Source: Methanomassiliicoccales archaeon (GTDB taxonomy: Archaea; Thermoplasmatota; Thermoplasmata; Methanomassiliicoccales; JACIVX01). From it: a stretch of DNA of 64,000 bases. The stretch is taken from NCBI GenBank assembly GCA_050010535.1, contig JBEKKT010000004.1, positions 46 through 64,045 on the forward strand, read 5' to 3'. Under the pieces are notes generated by a model. It searched no databases and was not told where the DNA came from. It saw only the letters and a list, made by a program, of their open reading frames with translations. Numbering within the stretch: the stretch's first letter is position 1; each line of letters starts with the position of its first letter. Shown one piece after another: positions 36,306 to 46,473 of this stretch. The translations under genes and the position numbers were made by a program.

Positions 36306-38411
36306 TTAAGAGATGTTGTTCCTTACCCGGTCCTTCAGCTCGCCCAATTTCCCCTTGTTCCAGCTGCTAGTTTTCGAGAAGAACCCCGTGACCCTCGTTA
36401 TCCCTTCGACGTCTGGTGAGGAGCAGTAGGGGCAGGTGTCCTTCAGGCCTCTGCTCGTCTTGCCGCAGGTGAGGCATGCTGTGAACTCGGGACTGAACGC
36501 GATCTGAGCGTTCTGCGTGTTGCTGAAGGTCTTCTTGACAAAGGCCGCTACGCTCTCGGCCGGCGGCTTGTGCTCCCCCAGCCAAACGTGCGTGAGCGAC
36601 CCGGCTTCGATCAGCGGGTGAAACAATCCTTCCATCTTCACCCTCTCGATCGCGCTGATCGGTGCTCCGACATTCAAGTAGGTCGAGTTCGTGTAGTACA
36701 CCTCGCCGCTACTTTTATTCCCCCTGATGACTGTCGGGGCCTGCAACGGATAGTACTTCATGTCGAGTCTTGCGAACCGGTAGGCGGTGCTCTCCGCTGG
36801 GGTTTGCTCAAGCGGCATCTTGATTCCGTATTGTTTGCCCAGCCGCTCCGCCTCTGTCTTCATCGTCGCCATGATCTTCAGTCCGAACATCAGTGCTTCC
36901 TTGGACTCGTGCATCTGCTGTCCCGTGTGGTACTGCACCATCTCGTTCAGGCCGACCATGCCGACCAGAAACGATGCCTTCCCAAGCCTGTAGTACGGCT
37001 CTCCGTCGAGGTTCATCGTGAGCAAAGCTAGTGGACCGTGCTTTCCCATTCCGAGGAGCTTGGCTATGAACTCCCGCTTCTCCAGGTGCGCCTTCGCCAC
37101 CATCTCTATCCTCTCGCGCAGGAGCTCAAGCAACTTGTTGTCGTCCTGGTGGGCTTCATACGCCAGTCTCGGAAGGTTGATCGTCACGTTCTGCATTGCC
37201 GAATACCTCATCTTCCAAGGGGTCTTGGCATCGTCTAGGTCGCTCTTGTCGAGCTTAAAAGCGAGCCGGCAGCACTCGCTTATCTTGGCCGTGTTCCCTC
37301 GATCGAAGACGAAATAAGTGTTTCCCTTCTCCGACGCGACCTGAGATATCTTCGTCAGGAACTCCTCGTGGCCCTCGGTCGAGAAGAACTTCTCGGTCAT
37401 GTGGACGTTGGGTTTCGGAAAGAAAAACGGCCGTCCGAGAGCGTCGCCCTCAAGGTATACATCGAAGAGGGCGTTCAAGAACCTCTGGCTTTCTCCGATG
37501 TAGTCCTCATAGGTCTGTCCCGTGAACTCGCCCTTCGGCCCGATCGCCGGTACATCCGCGAAGTGATCCGGGATCTCCCAGTATAAGTTCAGATCACTGA
37601 ATATGGATTGCCCGCCTCTAGCGACAGCTTGCTGCGCAAACTCGAATATGAGAATCTGGGCAAGTTGCTTCATCCGATTGTCGTCGACTTTGGTGAGATA
37701 GGGGGCGAGGAAGATGTTGACAGCGTCCCATCCGATCGCGCCTGCGAAGTGTCCCTGGAGGGCTGCAGAGAACTTGATGATCTGCTCGATCAGGACCTCA
37801 GGGTGCTTGGCGGGTTTGGCTATTGAGATCGCATTCGGCAGGTTCAATCCGAACTTCTTCACGTATTCGATCGACTGCCCACTGCAATAAGGTCGGTCGA
37901 CCATACCGAGATCGTGGAGATGGATATCGCCCCTCATATGAGAGTCTGCCATCTCCTGCGAGAACACCTCCAGGAGGGCGAACTCCTTCTTTATCCGCTC
38001 AGACAGAGTGAGGTTCGTTGCCTCGGGTCCGTGCGGCACATTGGCGTTCTCCTTATTAGGATTCATGATGATTTGACGAGCGTCGTACAGAGGTACACCA
38101 AGACGCGTATGCTGCTTTCTGATCTTGGCGAGACCGTACTCGACGAGCTTGGCATTCGTCAATTCTCTGATAAGTGGAGCGGTGACAACATCGAGCTCGA
38201 GCTCCGAGATGAGCTTCTCGACCTCACGTGCCACTATGGAAGCGGCATCCTCGCCAATGGTAGTCTCCCTGATCAGAGCCTCGTATATCTTGCCCCGATC
38301 CCACTTTTTGATCTCTTCGTCTGACGTTCTCACGAACAGGGAAAGCTCGGTCGACTCCTTCTCGTCGGTCGCGACCTCACCAGGTTCGCGTAGATACTCT
38401 ATGGCCTTCAT
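36306..38411 (-). CDS. nrdD: Anaerobic ribonucleoside-triphosphate reductase (class III)
   Basis: 701 aa. N-terminal ATP-cone-like region, C-terminal Zn site CLTCG..CPYC and glycyl-radical region RVTGFFSKTSSWNKGKLGELKDR. Confidence 0.9.
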   Translation of the reverse strand: MKAIEYLREPGEVATDEKESTELSLFVRTSDEEIKKWDRGKIYEALIRETTIGEDAASIVAREVEKLISELELDVVTAPLIRELTNAKLVEYGLAKIRKQHTRLGVPLYDARQIIMNPNKENANVPHGPEATNLTLSERIKKEFALLEVFSQEMADSHMRGDIHLHDLGMVDRPYCSGQSIEYVKKFGLNLPNAISIAKPAKHPEVLIEQIIKFSAALQGHFAGAIGWDAVNIFLAPYLTKVDDNRMKQLAQILIFEFAQQAVARGGQSIFSDLNLYWEIPDHFADVPAIGPKGEFTGQTYEDYIGESQRFLNALFDVYLEGDALGRPFFFPKPNVHMTEKFFSTEGHEEFLTKISQVASEKGNTYFVFDRGNTAKISECCRLAFKLDKSDLDDAKTPWKMRYSAMQNVTINLPRLAYEAHQDDNKLLELLRERIEMVAKAHLEKREFIAKLLGMGKHGPLALLTMNLDGEPYYRLGKASFLVGMVGLNEMVQYHTGQQMHESKEALMFGLKIMATMKTEAERLGKQYGIKMPLEQTPAESTAYRFARLDMKYYPLQAPTVIRGNKSSGEVYYTNSTYLNVGAPISAIERVKMEGLFHPLIEAGSLTHVWLGEHKPPAESVAAFVKKTFSNTQNAQIAFSPEFTACLTCGKTSRGLKDTCPYCSSPDVEGITRVTGFFSKTSSWNKGKLGELKDRVRNNIS

Positions 38412-38510
38412 GTCATCACTCCTGAAAAGGGATATTAGGATAGACTCCGCATCCCCGCTACAAGGTGGGGTAGTTATTTGTGGTTCGGTTTAAAGGCATT
38501 TTTGAACTCA

Positions 38511-38575
38511 ATCTGTTAAAACTTAACGGCTATAAGAAGGGTTTTTATTTACCATATCTGTTACTATATCTGTAA
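38511..38575. promoter_or_regulatory. Three ATCTGT(T/A)A repeats in the nrdD/wHTH divergent spacer
   Basis: ATCTGTTA at 38511 and 38556, ATCTGTAA at 38568. The last two bracket the region just upstream of ATG 38580, downstream of the TATA-like GTTTTTATTT. Confidence 0.4.
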
Positions 38576-38579
38576 TCAG

Positions 38580-39161
38580 ATGTTCAGTCCAGAGGAAGAT
38601 CTGAGACGTGCCTTGTTCGAAATCCTTGGAGGGGAAGGCAAATCAATAAGCGCCCTATCGCGTGAATTGGAGGCGAGGGGGTACAGTTTCCACCGTCTCA
38701 TCCTTACAGGCTACCTGAGAGCGCTGACCGATCTCAAGGTGCTCAAAGAAAGGGAAGTCCCTCCAGCGAAGATATACATCCCAGTGAAGCCTCTAGATCG
38801 TGACATTTATGAGGTTGTCGGACAGAAGGTCAGGGAAATGGTTGAGGGGGATAAGGCGAACGCTTTGATCCTGTACATCCTGTCTAGGATACTAAAGCGA
38901 CCAGTCTTCTATGATGAACTGAAGAGAACAGGGATAACAGGTCAGCCTTCAGGACGCCAGGTCAGTCCAGAAGAGAGACAGGAAGCGAAAAGGATCTTGG
39001 TCCGTGCCGGTTTCAGAATTCCCGACAGCTCAAAGGCATATCTCATCGAGGATGAGGGACTTCAAGAGGCATCGACCCAGGTACTTGACGCGATAATTGT
39101 GGAAGTCCTAGCCGCAGGTCACCTTGTAAGGGAAACGACCCAGACGAAGCTATCTCTTTGA
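38580..39161 (+). CDS. Hypothetical winged-helix-like protein
   Basis: The N-terminal ALFEILGGEGKSISALSRELEARGYSFHRLILTGYLRALTDLKVLKE looks like a wHTH. The rest is not recognised. Confidence 0.45.
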   Translation: MFSPEEDLRRALFEILGGEGKSISALSRELEARGYSFHRLILTGYLRALTDLKVLKEREVPPAKIYIPVKPLDRDIYEVVGQKVREMVEGDKANALILYILSRILKRPVFYDELKRTGITGQPSGRQVSPEERQEAKRILVRAGFRIPDSSKAYLIEDEGLQEASTQVLDAIIVEVLAAGHLVRETTQTKLSL

Positions 39162-39245
39162 TATTTACAAATCTTCCTCAGTATCCCTGGCCATCAAGGA
39201 TTCGTTAGAAATTCGAGAAGCTATTTATCCACCGAGTCTATACTC

Positions 39246-40250
39246 ATGGGCATGGACCTTGAGGCTCTGGTATCCGACATAAGAAAGTATCCAGGTATCA
39301 AAAGAAAACGGATCATTTCAGAGGTCATCAACTTCTTTCCAAGAGTGTATCAGGCCAATGTCCTGGCCTCCTATGGGGATGATGCCGCGGTCATCGAGTT
39401 CGGGGACTCGGTTCTCCTACTCGCCGCGGACGGCATAATGGAGCCTTTGATGAAGACAAACCCCTATTACGCAGGCTATTTCTCCGTGCTCGTAAACATA
39501 AACGACATCTCCGCAATGGGCGGAATACCGTTGGCGATGGTGGATGTCATCTCGATGAAGGATGAGAAGATCTGTGCGCAGGTGATGAGAGGGGTTGAGG
39601 CTGCGGTTAGGAAGTTCGGCGTGCCAGTCGTGGGAGGTCACACTCATCCCGATTGCGACTACAATGCGATTGACGTCGCGATACTCGGCACGGCCAGGAA
39701 GGATGAGGTAGTCTATAGCCACACAGCAAGGGCTGGCGAGGACATCATCTTCGCCATGGACACGGAAGGATTCTTCCCGGAGAGACTCCCTTACGCGTGG
39801 GACACGACGTCTAGGAAAGGCGAGGAGCTTGTGAGAAGGCAGATGCTGAGTATGAACGAGATCAGCAAGCGTCATTTGGTCACCTCAGGCAAGGACATCA
39901 GCAACCCCGGGTCACTCGGGAGCCTTGGGATGCTGCTCGAGACTAGTGGAAAGGGGGCCGTCGTCGACCTCAGCGCAATCCCGAGGCCCAACGGCGTTGA
40001 CTTTCATCAATGGCTCAAAGCGTATCAGGGTTGCGGGTTCGTTCTCACGTGCCAGCCGGGCAATTCCCGTGAGATTATACGTATCTTCTCGGAGGTCGAA
40101 GTGACTGGCGCGGTGGTAGGCACGGTGCAATATTCGAAGAAGTTCATAGTAAAGAGCGGTGGCGAGGAAGCGATTCTCTTCGATTTCGACAAGGATGTCA
40201 TAACGGGATGTAACCCTTCCATGCCCGGCGTTGGCGGTCCGCGAAAGTGA
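39246..40250 (+). CDS. AIR synthase-related protein (PurM/HypE/SelD superfamily, COG2144-like)
   Basis: YGDDAAVIEFGDSVLLLAADGI..YFSVLVNINDISAMGGIPLAMVDVIS..VPVVGGHTHPD. Confidence 0.7.
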   Translation: MGMDLEALVSDIRKYPGIKRKRIISEVINFFPRVYQANVLASYGDDAAVIEFGDSVLLLAADGIMEPLMKTNPYYAGYFSVLVNINDISAMGGIPLAMVDVISMKDEKICAQVMRGVEAAVRKFGVPVVGGHTHPDCDYNAIDVAILGTARKDEVVYSHTARAGEDIIFAMDTEGFFPERLPYAWDTTSRKGEELVRRQMLSMNEISKRHLVTSGKDISNPGSLGSLGMLLETSGKGAVVDLSAIPRPNGVDFHQWLKAYQGCGFVLTCQPGNSREIIRIFSEVEVTGAVVGTVQYSKKFIVKSGGEEAILFDFDKDVITGCNPSMPGVGGPRK

Positions 40251-40729
40251 GCGAAAAAGAAGGGAGTGCTAGGCCGCAGGAGTTGCCGCTCGGTCCGGTG
40301 AAGGTTGTCCGATCGCCTTCTTAGCCCCGTGACCCCTCGAGCGTCGGTAGTTCACGGTTAGGCTGCTCCCGTCAGGACCTGACCCTTTCCCCGTGATCAG
40401 AGCAAGGGGCACCGCCCTCCAGCGGCACCGCGATGCTGCCACCAGCCCCGAAGGACAGAGCCTCATCGTCGACGAAGAGGCCTTCACCGCTCCGTTTACG
40501 ACGTCCCCTGCTGTCACCCCCGCTATCGACGATTTCGGTGTACAAGGACACGCCGAACGTCCCGGTCAAGCCTAGCATCCCCCCAATTAAGCCATGGACC
40601 TATTTATAACTATTCGAGAGGCTCCCTCTGGCCAGAAAACCTGGTCTCATATCCGGCTCTTGTAGGATCTTCCGTTCTAGCAATGTTTAAGTCTGCCATC
40701 GTTCTATGTTACTGATAAGAGGGGTGAAT

Positions 40730-41341
40730 ATGAAAGAATTGAAAGCAAGCGAGACGGCGATAGTGTTCATCGAGTTTCAGAACGACTTCGGCAAGGAAGG
40801 CGGGGGGCTCTACGGCGCCGTGAAGGATCAGATTGCGAAGCAAGGGACCATCAAGAATGGTGCCGATTGCCTAAAGAAGGCGCGAGGAAAAGTTCTCACG
40901 CTCATCTGCCCGATCCTGTTCGAGGAGGACTACAGGGATGCCGGATGCGAAGGAGTCCTCGGCCCGATTCACGTGAACGCGGCGAATGCGAAATCCTTCA
41001 GAAAAGGAACCTGGGGAGGGGCAATCGTCGACGAATTGAAGCCGACGAAGCAGGACATCGTGGTGGACGGGAAGCGGACCCTAGACGCGTTCAACTCGAG
41101 CAACATCGACTTCTTGCTGCGGGTCAACTGCATAAAGAACGTTGCTTTCGCAGGATTCCTGACGAATGTCTGTGTGGAAGGCTCTGCGCGGGCTGCCTAC
41201 GACAGAGGATACAAGGTATTCCTGCTGAAGGACTGCACGGCAGCAATGTCTGGAGAGGAGCAGAAGTACGTCGAGGAGAAGTTTTTCCCACTCATAGGTG
41301 AGGTTCTGACACACGACGAGTTCCTCGCCCGAGTGAAGTAA
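40730..41341 (+). CDS. Isochorismatase-family cysteine hydrolase
   Basis: TAIVFIEFQNDF..VVDGKRTLDAFNSSNIDFLLR..NVAFAGFLTNVCVEGSARAAYDRGYKVFLLKDCTAA. Confidence 0.75.
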   Translation: MKELKASETAIVFIEFQNDFGKEGGGLYGAVKDQIAKQGTIKNGADCLKKARGKVLTLICPILFEEDYRDAGCEGVLGPIHVNAANAKSFRKGTWGGAIVDELKPTKQDIVVDGKRTLDAFNSSNIDFLLRVNCIKNVAFAGFLTNVCVEGSARAAYDRGYKVFLLKDCTAAMSGEEQKYVEEKFFPLIGEVLTHDEFLARVK

Positions 41342-41499
41342 ACCCTTTCCCTTAGCTCTCTTTTTTTCTACTCTGCTGAAACGGTGTGAGGCAAGTGCAG
41401 TTCTTTTCGTTAGCTCACGAGGTTTTCCGATCTGATGAGAAGTCCCCTTCGAATACCGCCATCGATAAACTAATTAAGTCTTGGGGTCCAATAATCACA

Positions 41500-42411
41500 A
41501 TGATGGCCGCGACGAACGACATGCCGGTTCGATGCAGGTCCGATACAGCAAAGCCGCCGTGGCTGAAGATCAGGGCTCCTGATCCCTTTCGATTCGCAAG
41601 AATGCGCAAGGTGCTCTCTGAGGGGCGAGTGAGAACCGTCTGTGATGCTTCCCATTGCCCCAACGTATCAGAGTGCTGGAGCGCGAACAGTGCGACGTTC
41701 ATGATACTCGGGAAGGTATGTACCCGGAGCTGTGGATTCTGCGCCGTCGAGAGCGGTGATCCGAGGGGAGAGGTGGATGAGGAAGAACCGGCAAGGATAG
41801 CGAATACTGTCAGAGAGTTGGGGCTCACGCACGCTGTCGTCACCTCTGTCACAAGAGACGATCTCGAGGACTTCGGCGCCAGTTCGTTCTCGAACGTCGT
41901 CCGCGAGATAAGAGGCGCATGCCCCGATACGAGGATAGAACTCCTCATTCCCGACCTGCAACGGGACGAACTGGCGATCGCGACCGTGGTCGATTCTCGA
42001 CCGGATGTTATCGGGCACAATCTGGAGACGGTCAGGAGGTTGCAGCCCGTCGTCAGAGATCCGAGGGCCGATTACGATGTCTCGCTCCAGGTCCTGAGGC
42101 GAATCAAGGATTACGCCGGAGGAATCCTCACGAGAAGCTCCCTCATGTTGGGGCTCGGCGAGACGAGGGCTGAGGTCGTCGAGGCGATGAGCGATTTGCG
42201 CGACGCAGGTGTAGATGCGTTGGCCCTTGGCCAGTACCTGAGGCCCGGCAAAGCGAATATGGAGGTGAAGGAGTACGTGACACCCGAGAATTTCGGCAGG
42301 ATGAAGGAGGAAGCGCTCCGCCTAGGATTCGACTACGTCGCATCCGGTCCGTTCGTGAGAAGCTCCTACCGAGCGTTCGAATTCTTCGATTCGATGAAAG
42401 AAAGGGTGTGA
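41500..42411 (+). CDS. lipA: Lipoyl synthase
   Basis: KPPWLKIRAP..RTVCDASHCPNVSECW (auxiliary cluster Cys) and CTRSCGFCAV (radical-SAM CxxxCxxC). Start taken at ATG 41500. Confidence 0.85.
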   Translation: MMAATNDMPVRCRSDTAKPPWLKIRAPDPFRFARMRKVLSEGRVRTVCDASHCPNVSECWSANSATFMILGKVCTRSCGFCAVESGDPRGEVDEEEPARIANTVRELGLTHAVVTSVTRDDLEDFGASSFSNVVREIRGACPDTRIELLIPDLQRDELAIATVVDSRPDVIGHNLETVRRLQPVVRDPRADYDVSLQVLRRIKDYAGGILTRSSLMLGLGETRAEVVEAMSDLRDAGVDALALGQYLRPGKANMEVKEYVTPENFGRMKEEALRLGFDYVASGPFVRSSYRAFEFFDSMKERV

Positions 42412-42415
42412 TACC

Positions 42416-43501
42416 ATGCTGGTGGATGACTATGACCCTCTGAAAGGCAAGATGTTGCAGATCTTGGACAAGAACGGCAACGTAAACGCGAAACTCGATC
42501 CGAACATGCCAGAAGACACGCTTCTCAAGGCGTACAAGACGATGCTCCTCGCCAGGACTGCCGACGACAAGGCGGTGAGACTGCAGCGCCAGGGGAAGCT
42601 GGGTGCTTACCCCCCCTCGAAGGGACAGGAGGCGAGCCAGCTCGGTCCCGCCATTGCGATGGAGGACAAAGACTGGTTGGTTTGGGCGTTCAGGGAGCTG
42701 ACGGCCCTCGTTTGGCGAGGTGTCCCGCTCTGGCGGGCTTACTTATACTGGATGGGCAACGAGGAAGGCAGCAATTACCCGGAGAATGTCCGGGTCACGC
42801 CCTCTACTGTCCCGGTCTCGTCTCAGATCCCCCATGCGGTTGGGATCTCCTACGCATCCAAGCTCAGGAAGGAGGGTTCGGTGACGGTCGTATTCTTCGG
42901 CGACGGCGGAACGTCGGAAGGCGATTTCAATGAGGGGTTGAACTTCGCGGGTGTCTTCAAGACCCCAACCGTGTTCGTGTGTCAGAACAACCAGTACGCA
43001 ATATCTCTTCCGAGGAGTCATCAAACCGCGGCCGGGACGTTGGCGCAGAAGGCCTTCGCCTTCGGATTTCCAGGAATTCAGGTCGATGGGAATGATCTGT
43101 TAGCGATGTACGCGGCTGCGAGGGAGGCCGTTGACAGGGCGAGAAGGGGCGACGGGCCGACGCTCATCGAGTCGTACACGTACCGTCTAGGCGACCACAC
43201 AACATCCGACGACGCCACGAGATACCGTATCGAGAAAGAGGTGGAGCAATGGACGGACAAAGACCCCTTGAAGAGACTGAAGATCTACCTCGAGAGAAAA
43301 GGCATATGGAATGATGAATCGGAAAAAGAAAGCGTCAAATGGGCTCAGGACTTCGTTGAAGGAGAGGTAAGGAAAGCGCAGGCGTTCCCACCGCCGAAGG
43401 TCGACGAGGTCTTCAAGCACACCTTCGCCGAGATGCCCCCCGATCTGAAGGACCAGATTGATTCCATGTTACGCGAACAGACCCCGAGCAAGGAGGGATG
43501 A
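42416..43501 (+). CDS. 2-oxoacid dehydrogenase E1 component, alpha subunit (TPP-dependent)
   Basis: YKTMLLARTADDKAVRLQRQGKLG.YPPSKGQEA..FFGDGGTSEGDFNEGLNFA..VFVCQNNQYAIS. Confidence 0.85.
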   Translation: MLVDDYDPLKGKMLQILDKNGNVNAKLDPNMPEDTLLKAYKTMLLARTADDKAVRLQRQGKLGAYPPSKGQEASQLGPAIAMEDKDWLVWAFRELTALVWRGVPLWRAYLYWMGNEEGSNYPENVRVTPSTVPVSSQIPHAVGISYASKLRKEGSVTVVFFGDGGTSEGDFNEGLNFAGVFKTPTVFVCQNNQYAISLPRSHQTAAGTLAQKAFAFGFPGIQVDGNDLLAMYAAAREAVDRARRGDGPTLIESYTYRLGDHTTSDDATRYRIEKEVEQWTDKDPLKRLKIYLERKGIWNDESEKESVKWAQDFVEGEVRKAQAFPPPKVDEVFKHTFAEMPPDLKDQIDSMLREQTPSKEG

Positions 43502-44481
43502 CAATGGCGACGATGAACATGGTCAGAGCGATAAACCTCGCGTTGTCTGAAGAGATGGAGCGCGACTCGAGCGTTGTCGTGCTTGGGGAGGATGTCGGCA
43601 TCGATGGCGGTGTCTTCAGGGTCACCGATGGACTTCTGAGCAGGTTCGGGCCGGAAAGAGTCATCGACACGCCGCTATCGGAGTCAGCGATCGCAGGTGT
43701 CGCGATCGGGATGGCGATGAACAGCCTCAGACCCGTGGCTGAAATACAGTTCATGGGATTCTCGTACTTGATTCTCAACCAGGTCATATGCCACGCGGCA
43801 AGGATGAGAAATAGGACCAGGGGCAGGTTGACGGTCCCGATGGTCGTCAGGATGCCCTATGGTGCAGGTGTAAAGGCGCTCGAGCACCACTCGGAGAGTA
43901 CCGAGGCTCTCTACGCCCACATCCCGGGATTGAAGGTAGTGGTACCGGCGACCCCCTCCGAAGCGAAAGGGTTGCTGACCTCCTCGATCAGGGATCCCGA
44001 CCCGGTCATCTTCCTCGAGCCAACGAGGAATTATAGGCTGATCAAAGAGGAAGTGATAGAGGGCGAATTCACGATTCCGCTCGGGAAGGCCCGCATCGTT
44101 CAAGAGGGAAGCGACGTCTCGGTCTTCGGCTGGGGGGCTATGATGCCGCTTATACAGGACGCCGTGAAGAGGATCCAAGCCGACGGGATATCGATTGAGG
44201 TGATTGATCTTAGGACCCTGTCTCCGATGGATTTCGCGGCGATCATCGAATCAGTCAATAAGACCGGGAGAGGGGTCGTGGTCCACGAGGCTCCGAAGAC
44301 AGCCGGCCTCGGGGCGGAAATCATAGCGAGGATTAACGAGAAAGCGCTCCTGTCCCTCGAGGCTCCAGTAGAGAGAGTGACGGCGCCAGACATCACTGTT
44401 CCTTTGCCGATGGGGGAAAGCTATTACTATCCAAGCGTGGATAGAATCGTCGCTGCAATTAGGAGAGTTGCGTCGTTCTGA
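43498..44481 (+). CDS. 2-oxoacid dehydrogenase E1 component, beta subunit
   Basis: MNMVRAINLALSEEMERD..VVLGEDVG..GGVFRVTDGLL..FGPERVIDTPLSESAIAG. Overlaps the E1-alpha stop (ATGA). Confidence 0.9.
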   Translation: MTMATMNMVRAINLALSEEMERDSSVVVLGEDVGIDGGVFRVTDGLLSRFGPERVIDTPLSESAIAGVAIGMAMNSLRPVAEIQFMGFSYLILNQVICHAARMRNRTRGRLTVPMVVRMPYGAGVKALEHHSESTEALYAHIPGLKVVVPATPSEAKGLLTSSIRDPDPVIFLEPTRNYRLIKEEVIEGEFTIPLGKARIVQEGSDVSVFGWGAMMPLIQDAVKRIQADGISIEVIDLRTLSPMDFAAIIESVNKTGRGVVVHEAPKTAGLGAEIIARINEKALLSLEAPVERVTAPDITVPLPMGESYYYPSVDRIVAAIRRVASF

Positions 44482-44491
44482 GGTGTTCATT

Positions 44492-45730
44492 ATGCCGGTA
44501 GAATACAAGTTTCCGGATCTCGGAGAAGGCGTCACCGAGGGAGAGGTGAAGAAGTGGCTGGTCAAGGAAGGGGACACGGTCAACCAGGACCAGTCTATCG
44601 CCGAGGTCGAGACCGACAAGGCAGTCGTTGAGATGCCCGTGCCAGTCTCCGGAAAGGTGCTCAGGTTGCATTTCAGAGAGGGGGACATCGTAAAGGTCGG
44701 CGAGACCTTGGCGACTATCGGCGAGGAGGGGGAGATCGTTGCCGAAGTCCCAACGAGGAAACCGTCCGTCTCCGTCGTAGGCGAGCTGCCGGAGGCGCCG
44801 GAGGAAACGGAGACGGTCAGGCCGCTCGCGAAGACCGCTGTGTCTACAACAGAAGTCCTGGCGACGCCGGCGGTGAGGAAGTTCGCGAAGGACGTCGGCG
44901 TCGACATCGGCAAGGTGAAGGGCACCGGCCCTGGCGGAAGAGTGACGGAGGAGGATGTCAAAGGATTCTCCGCGAGGCCCGTCGAACGCATCAGGCCGAG
45001 GACCGTGGCGAAGTTCGACATCTATGGCTGGATCGACCGCGTACCGCTGAAAGGCGTCAGGAGAACCACGGCCAAGAGAATGGTGGAGTCACAGACGAAA
45101 GCGGCTCACGTGACCTCGATGGACCTCGCGGACGTGACTGAACTGGTCGCGCTACGCGAGGCGCAGAAGAAGATCACCCAGGAGACTAGGCACGTGAAAC
45201 TGACCTACATGCCGTTCATAATCAAGGCGGTCGTAGAGTCCCTGAAGGCCCACCCCTATCTCAACGCCACCTTAGACGAGGAAGGGCAGGAGATCATACT
45301 GAAGAAGTACTACAACATCGGGATCGCGGTTGCGACGGAAGACGGACTAATCGTTCCTGTCATTAAGGGAGCGGATCAGAAGAACATATTCGAGCTCGCA
45401 GAAGAGGTCCAGAGGCTCGCCGAGCTCGCGTCCTTGAGGAAGATCGACCTAGCCGATCTGAAGGGAGGGACTTTCACGATCACGAACTACGGGGTCTTCG
45501 GTGGGACCTACGGGACGCCGATCATAAACTATCCAGAGGTCGCCATCCTTGGAACCGGTAAGATCGCTGACGCCCCTTTGGTCAAAGACGCAGAGGTGAA
45601 GGTGAGGAAGACCCTCCCGCTATCCCTCTCCTTCGATCATAGGGTACTCGATGGGGCGGAGGCGGCGAAGTTCATGAACGATGTCATCAGACACCTCGAA
45701 AATCCGACGCTGATGCTCTTGAGCTTTTAG
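44492..45730 (+). CDS. 2-oxoacid dehydrogenase E2 (dihydrolipoamide acyltransferase)
   Basis: Lipoyl domain (AEVETDKAVVEMPVPVSG), peripheral-subunit-binding domain (ATPAVRKFAKDVGVDIGKVKGTGPGGRVT), and catalytic SFDHRVLDGAEAAKF. TAG stop. Confidence 0.85.
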   Translation: MPVEYKFPDLGEGVTEGEVKKWLVKEGDTVNQDQSIAEVETDKAVVEMPVPVSGKVLRLHFREGDIVKVGETLATIGEEGEIVAEVPTRKPSVSVVGELPEAPEETETVRPLAKTAVSTTEVLATPAVRKFAKDVGVDIGKVKGTGPGGRVTEEDVKGFSARPVERIRPRTVAKFDIYGWIDRVPLKGVRRTTAKRMVESQTKAAHVTSMDLADVTELVALREAQKKITQETRHVKLTYMPFIIKAVVESLKAHPYLNATLDEEGQEIILKKYYNIGIAVATEDGLIVPVIKGADQKNIFELAEEVQRLAELASLRKIDLADLKGGTFTITNYGVFGGTYGTPIINYPEVAILGTGKIADAPLVKDAEVKVRKTLPLSLSFDHRVLDGAEAAKFMNDVIRHLENPTLMLLSF

Positions 45731-46473
45731 CGGCTGAAGTTCCATTCTTGACTGGCGTATCTCCCAAGGACGAGCTGTCGTGCCCTATTCTTCTCTTCTT
45801 CGGTGTAGGTGCCCGCTTCCCATTCCTTCCCCTTCGTGAAAGAGCGGCGCAGCTCCTTAAGCACCCTGTCCTTTGATAACTTGGCGTGCCTCAGGATCGA
45901 AGTGACACGTTCTTCGAATGAAGAGATGTTCTTGTCGGATATCTTGGTCCGTCCTGCTTTCAGAATGGAGAACATCTTCCCGGGATTGACGCTGTACAAC
46001 ACTGTGCCGTGCTGGAGGAAAACGCCCCCCCTCCTCGTCTGGGCGCTTCCGGATATCTTACTGCCTTCCACAAGGATGTCGTTGATCGGTGCGAAGGTCG
46101 CCGGAATCTCCATAACGTCCAGTGCATTAACGATCCAGCCACAGATCGTGAAATAGGCTTTGTTGATGTCTCTCGCCATGACCCCCTCGGGTGCAATGAC
46201 ACTGTAGGTGATCTCCCCGTCCTTGTCGTGGTACACGGCGCCGCCGCCGGTCCTTCTTCTCACAAAATCGACGCCCTCCCTACGACATGCATCGAGGTCA
46301 ACCTCGTCTTTGAGGCTCTGGAAGCAGCCAATTGAGACTGCACTCGGATTCCAGCCGTAGAACCGAATCGTCGGAGGCGACGAGCCCGATATCACGGCCT
46401 CTCCGATCGCCTCATCCAACGCCATGTTCATCCGCGCGTTCCAGTACTCAAAGTCCACGACTCTCCACTTCAT
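45727..46473 (-). CDS. lplA: Lipoate-protein ligase A, catalytic subunit (bipartite type)
   Basis: PPTIRFYGWNPSAVSIGCFQS..FVRRRTGGGAVYHD..GSKISGSAQTRRGGVFLQHGTVLY. 248 aa, lacking the C-terminal accessory domain. Confidence 0.8.
   Translation of the reverse strand: MKWRVVDFEYWNARMNMALDEAIGEAVISGSSPPTIRFYGWNPSAVSIGCFQSLKDEVDLDACRREGVDFVRRRTGGGAVYHDKDGEITYSVIAPEGVMARDINKAYFTICGWIVNALDVMEIPATFAPINDILVEGSKISGSAQTRRGGVFLQHGTVLYSVNPGKMFSILKAGRTKISDKNISSFEERVTSILRHAKLSKDRVLKELRRSFTKGKEWEAGTYTEEEKNRARQLVLGRYASQEWNFSR

Noticed and set aside
40269-40578. Two overlapping minus-strand ORFs (40372..40578 and 40269..40517) that could be joined by a frameshift at a C4 run into a ~120-aa Gly/Ser/Arg-rich protein.
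   Set aside because: There are no recognisable motifs. The composition looks like translated GC-rich spacer, and the ORFs lie between two convergently and divergently arranged good genes. The evidence is insufficient to call a gene or pseudogene.
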